Made by a program: the position numbers and the translations under genes | Source of the DNA: Spirochaetota bacterium | GTDB lineage: Bacteria > Spirochaetota > UBA4802 > UBA5550 | DNA length: 47,914 nt | Direction: 5' to 3' | NCBI GenBank assembly: GCA_050298055.1 | Contig: JBNKTL010000039.1 | Location: forward strand, 1-47,914 | Shown: positions 9,923 through 20,369 of the stretch, piece by piece | Numbering within the stretch: position 1 is the stretch's first letter | How the letters are laid out: each line of letters begins with the position of its first letter | Notes under the pieces: model-generated | Told to the model about the DNA's origin: nothing | Seen by the model: only the letters and a program-made list of their open reading frames with translations | Databases searched by the model: none

Positions 9923-10414
9923 TCATACCAGGTTGTAGATATATATACCTGTTGGATTTCCGTCATTATCTTTCCCGTTCTCTAAAAATTGCCAGCCGCG
10001 CTTCACATAGTAGCTGTCAAGATCAATCCCCTCCTCCTCTCCGGTAAAGAGATAGAGGTTTTGAAACGACATTTGTTTAGCATTTTCTCTGGCGCTCTTT
10101 ACCAGCATTTCTCCGATACCCCTGTTTCTGTATTCCGGAAAAACGAAGAGTGAAGCCAGCCAGGGATTGAGGTCTTTTCGTTTCCAGAGATCGTTTTTTT
10201 TGAGAGAGACCATCCCCACGGGAAATGAACCTGAAAGTGCAACAAATGAGAGAGGCAGGTCATTTGATTCTGTTCTCTGCGTATATGATTTAAGAATCAG
10301 GCTGAATTCGATATCTCTCTTCATATACCACTGTGTGTATGACCAGTATGCAAGGACCGGCGCGTAATCCGGTACTGAGCTCAGAGGGAGTATCTCTATT
10401 GATTGTTTTTTCAT
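9923..10414 (-). CDS. GNAT family N-acetyltransferase
   Basis: Acetyl-CoA motif A WLASLFVFPEYRNRGIG, plus YYVKRGW. Confidence 0.9.
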   Translation of the reverse strand: MKKQSIEILPLSSVPDYAPVLAYWSYTQWYMKRDIEFSLILKSYTQRTESNDLPLSFVALSGSFPVGMVSLKKNDLWKRKDLNPWLASLFVFPEYRNRGIGEMLVKSARENAKQMSFQNLYLFTGEEEGIDLDSYYVKRGWQFLENGKDNDGNPTGIYIYNLV

Positions 10415-10561
10415 ATTTCTCCAGTGGATGTATGATTTATTTGTTTATTGCGGGACATATAAATATTCTAATATTATGTTATAAATTAGCAATAATAATT
10501 TTGGTCCTGCTTTGAATCATAAAACAGTTGACTCTTACAAGTTTATGAAAAAGCTAATATC

Positions 10562-13500
10562 ATGAAAACCAAAACAATTCTCTCTGCCATAATACTCCTC
10601 ATCTTCTGCAGGGTCTCTGCGTTCAGTACCAGTACCGATGTTTTCAGATATGAGGATGATATTATAAAATATTTTTATAATGGAGACTTCCTCAGGCTTT
10701 ACATCGGCATTGAGGAGATGCTCACCCGGTATCCCACACACCCCCTTTCTGTTCTTCACTACCGGGACCTGTTTAGACTGAGCGATACATGCGGTACCTC
10801 CAGGGTTGAGAATACGCTGAAAAAACTTATCGGGAAGATGGGCAGGGGGAGAGTTGATAATCTCTGTGTACTTCAATTGAAGCTTGAACTTGAAAAGCTC
10901 CTCTATCTCTCTAAACAGAAAAGCGCGGAACAAATAACCCGAATGATCAGACCTGTCAGGGTATGGAGACTCTCAGGTCCCTTTAACAGGTATGGGAAAG
11001 GAGACCTTGACTATCCGTTTAGCCCGGAGATCATCATAAATGCTCATGAATTGGAAGAGACTGCAAAGGATATCTATATAAAGAACCCGTCAGGATATGT
11101 TACTCCATCACAATATCTCTATCCCTATTACGGGATTGTTTATGCATCAACTTCATTCAATGTCTCAAAACCTGTAATAGTGAGAATAGACTCAGAGGAA
11201 AAGTACTCGGTTTTTGTAAACGGGAAAAGAGTCATATCAAACAGGGGAAGCAGTTACCGGAATGTCCAGTTGCTGAAATTGAGCGGAACAGAGGAATACA
11301 CGGTGATGCTGAAACTTGAGAGCAGCAGTAACAGCCGGTTCAGGGTGATCATTACAGATGAGAATAATATCCCTCTGAAGCTCGCTTATAAAAGCGATGT
11401 TCAGCACATGAAAAAATTTATCTATTTACCGGTGAATGACTATCCCTATGATGAGATAATGAATGAAATAAAAAAGAGGGAAAAAAAACGTAACGGGGAA
11501 GAGGGAAAATATCTCTCCCGGTATTACAGGTCCCTTGGGGATTTTTTCAGTGAGTATGATAGCGGCAGGGGGGAATATTTTTACAGAGAGTCCCTCAGGC
11601 TGAACAATGACCCGGTTACCGCTTATTTCCTTGCGTCTTCAATGATAGAAAACAGGGAAGGGGACAGGAGCAGTTCCCGGTATCTTGAAGGCTGGAGGCT
11701 TATTGACAAAATGAACAGCCGGTACGAAAACTTTGCCCCTCTGCTTCACAGAAGTTTTACCCGGTTATTTGACAGTTCAAATTACATTAAGGCTTACCAT
11801 ATGGGTACCGGTTTGCTGAAAAGGTTTGAAAATTATCCTGATATCTACATCAACTATCTTGATCTTCTCAATCATCTCGGTTATGAGAAGGAATACCTTG
11901 AGGTACTGGACAGGTTTAAAAATAAATTCACCCAATCGGTTTACCCCCTTGAGGCAGAAGCGGAATACTGGGAAAAGAGGGACAGGAAGAGATACAGGGA
12001 CATTCTCAAAAGAATCATAAAAATAAAAAACAGCAAAAGAAATTTAAAAATGCTGATTGAAGCCTCTCTTTCAGACGGGGAATACAGGGAGGCCCTTAAT
12101 ATGATTAAAAGATATGATTATGAAGGAAATTTTTCTCTGAAAGAAGCGGATATCCTGATTGAGATGGCTGAATACAAGAGATCAAAAAGTCTTCTCTTTG
12201 AGGATATTGTAAAAAACAGCAGGCCTTCTCTCTATCACCGGCTTGGGGGAATAGAATATCTGGAGAAGAGAGATCCCCTGATGTTCTGGGAAAAGATGAT
12301 AACAATTAATCCCTCTCTTTTCCATTACAGCGACTATAACCGGTTTCTTAAAAATGGATATTATTCAAAACCTTTCAGTAATTATTATCCTGAGATTGAT
12401 AACAGTTCATTGAGTATGCAGGATATTTTAAAATATGTTAAGCCGGTGATGAGTAAACTGAAAAAATATCCTTCTACTGTTTTGAAAAGAGAAAGGGTCT
12501 TTTTTCTGAATGATGACAAAAGCAGCAGGGTTTTCTGCAGAGATATGATCTATCTTAACAATCAAAAGGGAATTGAAAAGTGGGGTGAGTACAGGGTCCC
12601 CTACAAAGGGAAGATAGAGCCTGTAAGGATAAGGGTTTACCACCCGGATGGCAGCTTTGCGGATTCATACCGGATTCATGATGTAAATGATCGGCGATTT
12701 GTTACTCTCAGCAGTCTGAAAAGGGGCTCAGTGGTTTTGATTTCGTATGTTGTAGAAAACCCTGTGAGGTCTCCTTCCGGATCATACCTGTTTGCCCTGC
12801 CTCTCGAGTTTCTCCAGGATTATGAAGAACCTGTAATAAATGCGGTTCTGAAAGTTATTGCCCCGGAGGATTTGCATATTAACTTTCTTCTCAGTGATAA
12901 ATGGCATGTAAACAGGAAGACTGTTTCCGGTAAAAGAGTTTACTCTGTTAATATCAACAATCTGGGTGCCGTATACAGGGAGAGTTATTCCGGGAGTCAT
13001 CAGAACCTCCTGAAGTATTATTCATTTTCATCACTGAAGAACAGGGAAGACTTTTTTAACTGGTACAGGGGTCTTCTTGGGAAAAAAGACAGGTTGAATG
13101 GTGCGGATGAATTAAAATCGCTAAAAGGAAAAAGTCTCAGAGAAACAGTATATAATGTCTATAATTATGTTTCCCGGGAAATAACACTGAAACCGGGTTC
13201 GATCTTTTATCCTGAAAAATCCGATGATATTCTCTACCGGAGATCGGGTACGGTTGAGGATAAGGTTATCCTTGCCAAAGCAATTCTGGAAAAACTCGGT
13301 ATCCAATCATATATTGCCTTCGCCGGCAGAAGGTATCTTCCCGGTTACGGGGATTTTGTAAATCCGAATATGTTTACCGATATTTTGATCTTTGTTCCCA
13401 TAAAAGTCGAAAGTAGTTTATGGCTTGATTTCTCGAATATGTATTACAGTGCAGGCACCGTAAACTATAACGTTTCAGGAACAGAATCTCTTGTTCTGCT

Positions 13501-14179
13501 TGATAACAGTTTCCTGTCAAAAAAAGTTGAAAGCAAAAATCACGGTGAATTTATAAGCAACTATACGATCATGCTCGATGAGAGTGGAAACGGGAAATTC
13601 AGGCTAACCAGTGGGTTCTCCGGACTTTACGGTTCGGTAAGAAAGTACTTTACTAACAAAATGTATAATGAGGATGTCATGAATAACTATCTCAGCAGTT
13701 TGATGTCTCATGTTACCCTGAACAGGTTCGAGATTTCCGGTATTAAGGATTCCAGAAAGCCATTTGAAATTAAAGCAGAGGGAGAGGGACTGGGTCTTGC
13801 CATTACCGGTGCCGGCAGGCTTTACCTTCATCCTGTTCTCAATAAGTCTGAAATATACAAGTATATATTAAAAAGGAAAAGGGAGCACCCGCTTTTTATA
13901 TTGGGCAATATTAATGAGAATGAGACCTATACCTACAGATTGCCCGGTTCATATTCCAGGAGCAATGTGAGTCATTCATTTGCTGTGAGGAACAGCTTTG
14001 GTTTTGCCGAGCTGAGTATGGTTAAAGAGAGTAATTCGAATATACTGAGGGTAAAAAAACGGATACAAATCAACAGGTACAGAGTCAACCCCGATGAATA
14101 TGAAAGTTTTCTGAAATTTTGTCTTGAACTCAAAAACGCAGAATTTCAAACTTTAATTATTAAAAAGAACAGGAAGTAA
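10562..14179 (+). CDS. Large exported protein with TPR-like, DUF3857-like and degenerate transglutaminase-like domains
   Basis: N-terminal signal peptide; helical TPR-like middle; beta-rich DUF3857-like region; DILYRRSGTVEDKVILAKAILEKLGI resembles a transglutaminase core. Confidence 0.65.
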   Translation: MKTKTILSAIILLIFCRVSAFSTSTDVFRYEDDIIKYFYNGDFLRLYIGIEEMLTRYPTHPLSVLHYRDLFRLSDTCGTSRVENTLKKLIGKMGRGRVDNLCVLQLKLELEKLLYLSKQKSAEQITRMIRPVRVWRLSGPFNRYGKGDLDYPFSPEIIINAHELEETAKDIYIKNPSGYVTPSQYLYPYYGIVYASTSFNVSKPVIVRIDSEEKYSVFVNGKRVISNRGSSYRNVQLLKLSGTEEYTVMLKLESSSNSRFRVIITDENNIPLKLAYKSDVQHMKKFIYLPVNDYPYDEIMNEIKKREKKRNGEEGKYLSRYYRSLGDFFSEYDSGRGEYFYRESLRLNNDPVTAYFLASSMIENREGDRSSSRYLEGWRLIDKMNSRYENFAPLLHRSFTRLFDSSNYIKAYHMGTGLLKRFENYPDIYINYLDLLNHLGYEKEYLEVLDRFKNKFTQSVYPLEAEAEYWEKRDRKRYRDILKRIIKIKNSKRNLKMLIEASLSDGEYREALNMIKRYDYEGNFSLKEADILIEMAEYKRSKSLLFEDIVKNSRPSLYHRLGGIEYLEKRDPLMFWEKMITINPSLFHYSDYNRFLKNGYYSKPFSNYYPEIDNSSLSMQDILKYVKPVMSKLKKYPSTVLKRERVFFLNDDKSSRVFCRDMIYLNNQKGIEKWGEYRVPYKGKIEPVRIRVYHPDGSFADSYRIHDVNDRRFVTLSSLKRGSVVLISYVVENPVRSPSGSYLFALPLEFLQDYEEPVINAVLKVIAPEDLHINFLLSDKWHVNRKTVSGKRVYSVNINNLGAVYRESYSGSHQNLLKYYSFSSLKNREDFFNWYRGLLGKKDRLNGADELKSLKGKSLRETVYNVYNYVSREITLKPGSIFYPEKSDDILYRRSGTVEDKVILAKAILEKLGIQSYIAFAGRRYLPGYGDFVNPNMFTDILIFVPIKVESSLWLDFSNMYYSAGTVNYNVSGTESLVLLDNSFLSKKVESKNHGEFISNYTIMLDESGNGKFRLTSGFSGLYGSVRKYFTNKMYNEDVMNNYLSSLMSHVTLNRFEISGIKDSRKPFEIKAEGEGLGLAITGAGRLYLHPVLNKSEIYKYILKRKREHPLFILGNINENETYTYRLPGSYSRSNVSHSFAVRNSFGFAELSMVKESNSNILRVKKRIQINRYRVNPDEYESFLKFCLELKNAEFQTLIIKKNRK

Positions 14180-14204
14180 TACTGTTAACCTGGAATCCAA
14201 ATGT

Positions 14205-14312
14205 TTACGCGGAAACTTTTTTCCCTTTTAATTCTTTAATCTCCTTCTTCTTTCTCTTTAATCTCCTCTTAGCCCTCATTTTCTTAAGCTTTGGTCTGTG
14301 TTGTTTTCCCAA
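14205..14312 (-). CDS. Small basic protein, 35 aa (MGKQHRPKLKKMRAKRRLKRKKKEIKELKGKKVSA), missed by the ORF track
   Basis: TTG start with AAGGAGG 7 nt upstream (14320-14326); TTGACA on the minus strand at about 14369-14374; 18 of 35 residues are K/R. Confidence 0.75.
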   Translation of the reverse strand: MGKQHRPKLKKMRAKRRLKRKKKEIKELKGKKVSA

Positions 14313-14820
14313 GGTTTAACCTCCTTTCTCTGATAACGTTACTGTCAGATAAATTTAACTGTCATCTTTGTCAATATAAATATGGACCCCATAAATCGTC
14401 CAGAGGACTTAAAATCTTTTGATGCAGAATGAAATTTTTCAGTATAATAAACCCCTGGGTGTATCTTGCAATAGAATTGCAGAAATGAAAAGATACTTTA
14501 ACCGGAAGGTAAAGTTATCTCTCATTTTCTGAGAACTTATGCCGATTAAGTATGTTAAAACATGAAATTATTACACTATAACAGGGAACTGAGAGTATTT
14601 AATAATAAAAAAGGCAAATGCTCAGCTATAAGTTTAAACAATGTCCCTGATGCAGGCAGGTGCATGGACACAGCAGTTATGTTTTTTTGACAAATCTGAT
14701 TATTTGTAAATAGAGCTGTGTAGTTATAAGAAAAGCTTAAATTGACTATAGTAAATGAATTTATTGGATTGACAGGGAGCCGGAAATTTATTTTATTATT
14801 AAAGGGTTGTAAATCCGGAA

Positions 14821-15588
14821 ATGAAACAATTAATAATTATTATAATTTTTATTGCATCTGCAATTTCAGCTTATTCAGAAACGAGGTTTGACGAACTTGA
14901 TAAACCTCCCGAAGGCGCTCATAAGGGGCAGATGTTCCTGGGGGGTATTGTTTCAATAGGACTTCCTTATGGTGATCTTATTGATGCAGAGGATGATTTT
15001 ATTAAGAACAATACATATACCTTCTCCGATGCCGATACCACAAAAAAGATGATGGTCACTCACCTCTCCTTCAGCTATGGAATCTCATTTGAATATATGC
15101 CTTTTGACCGTATCGGGATAAAAAGCAAGCTGAAAAGATCCATGATAATACAGCGATCAATATTTGGTTCCGATTTCGAAAATAAAAGCGGGTATCTCTA
15201 CAGTGACTATTCTCTTACTCTTGGCCCTGCTGTACATCTCAATGTCAGGAAGAGATGGGACCTTATCCTGACGCCTGTGGTCGGATATACCTATGCAAAA
15301 TATGAGGCCACGCCTGTTGCGGCACAGCTCATAGATGAGACGACGTATAACAGTGCCGAGAGAAAACAGAGTATCAACGGTCTCGTTTACGGAACAGAAC
15401 TCAGCCTGGGATTTTATTTCAGCGGAGGTCTGTATCTCAATCTGGGATTTGACCTGACGATAAACAGCATAAAGTTTGGGAAAGAGTATGATATTTCCCA
15501 GTCAAATGGATCAATTTACGGCGGGACATCATCAAGCATTTATAATTACAGTATTATCCTGTCGGTCGGGTATGCCTTTTCCAACTAG
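14821..15588 (+). CDS. Exported protein, probable outer-membrane beta-barrel
   Basis: Signal peptide; alternating amphipathic strands; C-terminal SVGYAFSN. Confidence 0.6.
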   Translation: MKQLIIIIIFIASAISAYSETRFDELDKPPEGAHKGQMFLGGIVSIGLPYGDLIDAEDDFIKNNTYTFSDADTTKKMMVTHLSFSYGISFEYMPFDRIGIKSKLKRSMIIQRSIFGSDFENKSGYLYSDYSLTLGPAVHLNVRKRWDLILTPVVGYTYAKYEATPVAAQLIDETTYNSAERKQSINGLVYGTELSLGFYFSGGLYLNLGFDLTINSIKFGKEYDISQSNGSIYGGTSSSIYNYSIILSVGYAFSN

Positions 15589-15689
15589 TGCTGAGCCCGT
15601 GTGATTTTGTATGAATAAGATTTTCTTTATAGTCAGATATTCCGGCAGTAATAAAATCATGATTTGTTAAAAATCAAGCAGTCGAAGTA

Positions 15690-16700
15690 CTAGTCCTCTG
15701 CATATTTCAGCATCCTCAGAACATTCAGTGTAACCCATGGATTTTTCTCTCCTGTCGGCGCTTTCCCGTTGCCGAAAAGCATACCTGTCTGAGCATTCTC
15801 AAGGTTCCATGTTCCGTCCGAATTCTGTTTTGACATAAGAAGGTTAAATGCCTTTCCTGATCTCGGATCACCCATCATGCCGGCCCGTGCTGTAATAAGG
15901 AGCCCGTAGAGGACGTCATATTGTGCCATGACCGGATACCCGAGAAGTCGAAAGTCCCTGTTCCAGTACTTCCTTGTTTTCACAGGCCTGTTGTTCCTGT
16001 CCAGGTAGATTTTCTGTCTTAAAAAAAATTCTGTGCCATTAATAATATTTTCCGAATAGTCCTTTTTCTCCCTGCCGTATTCCAGAAGAGCGCTTAAACA
16101 GGATGCTGTTGCGTAAAAACAGCTTTTCACGTTTCGGTTGTTTTCCCTCTCAAGACCTTTACCGGGCTTTTTGAAAAGCATGAGTTTAAAACTGTCGGTA
16201 AAACCGGAGATTGGACAGTGGAGCCATCCGCCGTCATGTCTCTGGTTTCTGATAATCCAACTGATTCCCTTGTCAACTGTTTCACCCCGGTATCCGGCTT
16301 TAATAAGGTATCTTACCATATCGCCGGTTCTGCATGCCAGTTCGGTCTGCGGGTTCCAGTTGAGGGTAAATCCACCCGAGGGCAATTGTGATTTTTCAAT
16401 AATATAATCGGCGGTTTTTTTTACTATTCCGGTTCGTATATCAAGACCTCTCTCAACAGCTTCGGCAAAACACCACATGGTACCGTGATAAAAAATATCA
16501 AACTTTTCTCTGTCTCCCAGGATGCCGTCAACAGATGAATCGAGCAGGGCCTTTATTTCAGCTGATGAAAAAATTCTTCGGTATTCATCATCAAGTTTTT
16601 TTTCTTCCAGAATCTCCTTCAGAACGGCATACCTGATAGAGGGGTTATCCTGGTTCAGCATCCAGTCCAAAGGATCTTTTGTAAGATACTTGCTTTTCAT
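15690..16700 (-). CDS. Prenyltransferase/squalene-cyclase repeat (alpha/alpha toroid) protein
   Basis: QW-like repeats SQLPSGGF, NQRHDGGW and KQNSDGTW; C-terminal NPWVTLNVLRMLK. Confidence 0.7.
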   Translation of the reverse strand: MKSKYLTKDPLDWMLNQDNPSIRYAVLKEILEEKKLDDEYRRIFSSAEIKALLDSSVDGILGDREKFDIFYHGTMWCFAEAVERGLDIRTGIVKKTADYIIEKSQLPSGGFTLNWNPQTELACRTGDMVRYLIKAGYRGETVDKGISWIIRNQRHDGGWLHCPISGFTDSFKLMLFKKPGKGLERENNRNVKSCFYATASCLSALLEYGREKKDYSENIINGTEFFLRQKIYLDRNNRPVKTRKYWNRDFRLLGYPVMAQYDVLYGLLITARAGMMGDPRSGKAFNLLMSKQNSDGTWNLENAQTGMLFGNGKAPTGEKNPWVTLNVLRMLKYAED

Positions 16701-17053
16701 TAATAATTTCCTGAAAAAAAGATTTTGTATTGATTTACTTTTTCAAAATGGGTAAAATTATTAGAAAATCCATGAAACATCATATATATTTTATGTGTTA
16801 TTGTCAGGGAGGTTAAATATAAGCAATTAAAGGATATAAGTGTCAAACTGTTTTCAGGAAATATCCATATCTTTTTTTGATCTCCCGAACTTTCATCGAA
16901 GAGGAGGCATCTGTTATAGTCTAACTTTAAATATTTATATGAAATTTTTGATTTGAGAAAAGCGATTTATTGTTAATCTTATATGAAAAAAATACCGTAA
17001 ATATACAATAAGGATAGAAAAAATATGCTTTTTGTGAATTAACAGGTGTTGTT

Positions 17054-17368
17054 ATGAATGAATATATTCCTGAAAATAATCTTGTTGTTCTCTTATTTTT
17101 AATCCTGCTTACCGGAGGTCTCTACTATTTCTGGTGGCTGGCAAGGGTGAGCAGGGTTTTCGGAGATGATCCCGTAATAAATGTTCTCCTGACTGTTTTT
17201 ACTGTGGGGATATGGATGCTTTATCTTAATTTTAAATATCTCCAGAAATCTGAACTGATAAACGGCAGAGATTCAAAGTGGTTCATGGTCATATTCCTGC
17301 CTGTTTCACCGGTTATTTTACCAATTATCATTCAACATAATATAAATGAAAAATATTTTTCAGGTTGA
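17054..17368 (+). CDS. Small membrane protein, DUF4234-like
   Basis: Repeated segments LILLTGGLYYFWW and LLTVFTVGIW; C-terminal IIQHNIN. Confidence 0.65.
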   Translation: MNEYIPENNLVVLLFLILLTGGLYYFWWLARVSRVFGDDPVINVLLTVFTVGIWMLYLNFKYLQKSELINGRDSKWFMVIFLPVSPVILPIIIQHNINEKYFSG

Positions 17369-17389
17369 TAAATTCTTCAGGAGATTACG

Positions 17390-20056
17390 ATGATCGTCAG
17401 GTGCTCTAAATGCAGCTCAGCTTTTGCTGTTGATGATACGAAGGTTGAAAATAAAAAATTTGCCTTTTCATGCCCCAGGTGTGCGCATGAAAACATAATA
17501 GATAATACTGCTGCAAAAATGTCCGTTACCGCGGAAACCGGCAAGAGGGCATTCATCGAAGGGGATATAGAGAGAGGGACTGATACGGGACCCGGTACTG
17601 TTCCGGATTATGATTCAGGAGCCGGGATAAGGGAAGAAGAAACCGGTTTTGAGGAAAAGGGAGTTCCTGAAGATGAGGATTTTAATATCGAGATCTCTGA
17701 CGATTTTGATTTTTCTGATACGGAAGAGAGTATTGGCGGTGATTTAATTATTGATACTCCTGTTGAAGATTCATCAGGTATTCCGGAAAGCGGGGAGAGG
17801 GCCCATGAGGCCCTGGAAGATCTTAATAGTGATCTCCCTGATATAGATCTTGAATCGATGATAGAGGAAGAACCGGCATTTGAAACACCAGGTATACTTC
17901 CCGAAGAAGCCGTAGATGAAGATGTTCTCGATATCTCACTTGATTATCTCGAAGAAAGTGAAAAAGCAGAAACAGTTCGCCCTCCCGATGATATCGGTGA
18001 AACTCCCGATGATTTCCTGCCAATTGAAGAAGAACCCGCTCTTGACCTTGATAGAGGTGCTGAACCAGAGGGCATTGAGATTGAGGATGAGGACAGCATT
18101 ACCGTAGATATTGACTCCCTGGAGATAGAGATGGATGAGGACAGGGAGGAAGAAGGCGGAATTGATTTCGGCGATATCTCAGAATTTGACAGCGATTCCG
18201 GTGTCCCGGGAGTTGCCGATGAGGATGAGAGCATCACGCTGGATATAGATTCACTTGATATTGATCTTCAGGTAAGTGATGAGATCGTTGCCGGGGATAT
18301 GACCGAACACGATATGAGTATTCCCGACCTTGTGACAGGTGATGAGGAGGTCCCCGGTCTTTCAATGGAAGAGCACCCGGAAGAGGATGAGAGTATTACA
18401 CTTGATCTTGAAGAACTTGATCTTGATCTTGTTGAGGAAGAAGGAATAACCGAAGGTGAAACACCCGATGACACTATGATGGAACTTCCCGATTCATTGT
18501 CTCTTCAAAATGTTGAGGAGGAAGATATTACCCTTCCCGAAACAGAGGAACTCTCTGTTATGGACATTGATATGCCGGTAGACGAAGATCTCAGTGAGAT
18601 ACAGGCGGATGAAATTATTCTTGATGAAGAAGAGGATGAGAGCATAACACTTGATCTTGAAGCCCTTGATCTCGACCTTGTGGAAGAAGAGGCAGTAAAA
18701 GAGGGTGAAATACCCGATGAACTCAATATCGGAGTATCTGAGGCAGCAACTGAAACGGGCAGGTTTGTTATGGAAGAACCTGAAGAGGATGAGAGTATTA
18801 CAATTGACCTTAATACTCTTGATATCCCCCTGGCCGAAGATGAGGAAGTCATGGAGGGTGAAGTCGCAGATGAGGACGAAAGCCTTACACTTGAAGATGC
18901 AGGATTGACATTTGACGAACTTACAACTGAAGAGATGGCAAGTGCTGCGGGAGAAACCGTTGATGAAATTGAAGAGGCCATAGATGAAGATGAGGACATT
19001 AGGATAACAATCGATGAAATAGATCCTGACCTTGATATTGAATCACTGGAGAGTGATATTGAAGGAGAAGCTGTAGCCGGTGTTGAGAAAGATATTACAG
19101 GTCTGGGCCCGGAAGAAGGAAGGGGTAATGATCATTATCCGGAAGTTGACTTTGGTCTCGATGAAGATGAGATTTCCGGAATTGACAGTGAGATTGATGA
19201 GATAAAAAAGTCCCTTGATGAGAGTGATGTTGATGTTGAGTATCCTGAAGTCAGAGAGTCCAGCGGTGAAGTCGATTATGATTTCTTTTCAGATGAAGAT
19301 CTTCCGGATATCGACTTTGAAGATACCGGTAGCGAAGTCCCTGCAGCAGCCGGTATTGCTGCAGGAATATCAAAGGTTTCTGATGATATAATTGACCTGG
19401 AAGATGATCGCGAATACGATAGTGAAGTCTCGGGCAGAAAGAACCTGTTCCCCGTGAGCAGGGGAAATGTAAATTTTTCCATCGATTATTCCCTTGCGTA
19501 TTCGAGGTTCGGGGCATTTTTAAGGCTTACGGGAATTTTCCTTATCGGGCTTATTCCGCACTTTATCGTTTTTCTTATCTACATGACGCTTTCGCTGATC
19601 CTCGGTCTTTTGAACCACATAATTGTTATAACAACAAGCAGACCTGTTGAGGATTTTCAGGGGATACTTGAGAAGACCCTCAGGTATTACCTTGCAATTA
19701 ACGCTTCACTCCTCGGAATTGTTGAAGAGATGCCGGTCTTTACCGGGAATGATGATATCGATTATCCTCTTCAGCTCAATATTACCTATTCACTGAGAAG
19801 TTCCAGCTTAATGGCAATTTTGAGATTATCAATTGTCGGGATAGTTTTAATCTCTCTTCCGCATATTATTATTCTCAGCTTGTTGACAATAGCGCTTCCT
19901 TTTATTTTTCTTGCAGGAACAGTCTCTGTTCTGATAACCAGAAGATGGCCGCATTTTCTTTATGAATTCATGCTGATATATTATAATTCAGTTGCCAGGG
20001 TGCTGGCTTTCATGATGGGACTTGTTGATAAGTATCCGCCGTTCAAGTTTGGCTAA
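17390..20056 (+). CDS. Zinc-ribbon (MJ0042-type) protein with long acidic repeat region and C-terminal DUF4389-like membrane domains
   Basis: N-terminal CSKC...CPRC; about 630 aa of D/E-rich sequence with EDESITLD repeats; two C-terminal PH..V/I hydrophobic repeats ending DKYPPF. Confidence 0.75.
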   Translation: MIVRCSKCSSAFAVDDTKVENKKFAFSCPRCAHENIIDNTAAKMSVTAETGKRAFIEGDIERGTDTGPGTVPDYDSGAGIREEETGFEEKGVPEDEDFNIEISDDFDFSDTEESIGGDLIIDTPVEDSSGIPESGERAHEALEDLNSDLPDIDLESMIEEEPAFETPGILPEEAVDEDVLDISLDYLEESEKAETVRPPDDIGETPDDFLPIEEEPALDLDRGAEPEGIEIEDEDSITVDIDSLEIEMDEDREEEGGIDFGDISEFDSDSGVPGVADEDESITLDIDSLDIDLQVSDEIVAGDMTEHDMSIPDLVTGDEEVPGLSMEEHPEEDESITLDLEELDLDLVEEEGITEGETPDDTMMELPDSLSLQNVEEEDITLPETEELSVMDIDMPVDEDLSEIQADEIILDEEEDESITLDLEALDLDLVEEEAVKEGEIPDELNIGVSEAATETGRFVMEEPEEDESITIDLNTLDIPLAEDEEVMEGEVADEDESLTLEDAGLTFDELTTEEMASAAGETVDEIEEAIDEDEDIRITIDEIDPDLDIESLESDIEGEAVAGVEKDITGLGPEEGRGNDHYPEVDFGLDEDEISGIDSEIDEIKKSLDESDVDVEYPEVRESSGEVDYDFFSDEDLPDIDFEDTGSEVPAAAGIAAGISKVSDDIIDLEDDREYDSEVSGRKNLFPVSRGNVNFSIDYSLAYSRFGAFLRLTGIFLIGLIPHFIVFLIYMTLSLILGLLNHIIVITTSRPVEDFQGILEKTLRYYLAINASLLGIVEEMPVFTGNDDIDYPLQLNITYSLRSSSLMAILRLSIVGIVLISLPHIIILSLLTIALPFIFLAGTVSVLITRRWPHFLYEFMLIYYNSVARVLAFMMGLVDKYPPFKFG

Positions 20057-20084
20057 GAAGCAAAAGAATATCGTATTTCTCCGG

Positions 20085-20327
20085 CTATAACCTTGGGTCA
20101 ATATTCCCCGGACCGCCGCACTCCGGTGTGTAGCAGGTCACATTTTTAAAGACACATTTATTATGACATGACGGGCATATTTCAGGCGGCTTTTCAGCAG
20201 TGAGGAGATATCCGCATTCGTCACACCTCCAGTAGGCTTTGCTGCATTGGGGGCATATATCGTTCTTAAAATCGCCTTCCCGAGAGCTGTACCCGCAATG
20301 GGCACAGGTTTTCTTTTCTTCAGACAT
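20085..20327 (-). CDS. Cys-rich rubredoxin-like/zinc-binding small protein
   Basis: Motifs [24 protein letters not shown] and [11 protein letters not shown] (11 Cys); GGAGG RBS before the ATG at 20327. Confidence 0.75.
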   Translation of the reverse strand: MSEEKKTCAHCGYSSREGDFKNDICPQCSKAYWRCDECGYLLTAEKPPEICPSCHNKCVFKNVTCYTPECGGPGNIDPRL

Positions 20328-20369
20328 GGTTTCCTCCACCTTTACTTATAGCTTTTCCGGAGAATGAAT

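Noticed and set aside
14611..14690. GGCAAA plus a downstream hairpin suggesting a c-di-GMP-I riboswitch
   Set aside because: No GNRA-capped P2 or GACGCAAAGC junction; an Infernal/Rfam scan would be needed.
17944..18999. Ser-rich antisense ORFs, and other shadow ORFs across the window
   Set aside because: Reverse-complement artefacts of GAA/GAT-rich or GC-rich coding strands with no independent motifs.
18080..19040. Periodic DNA repeats that might suggest a CRISPR array
   Set aside because: Degenerate at synonymous positions, irregularly spaced and in frame within a CDS; these are protein repeats.
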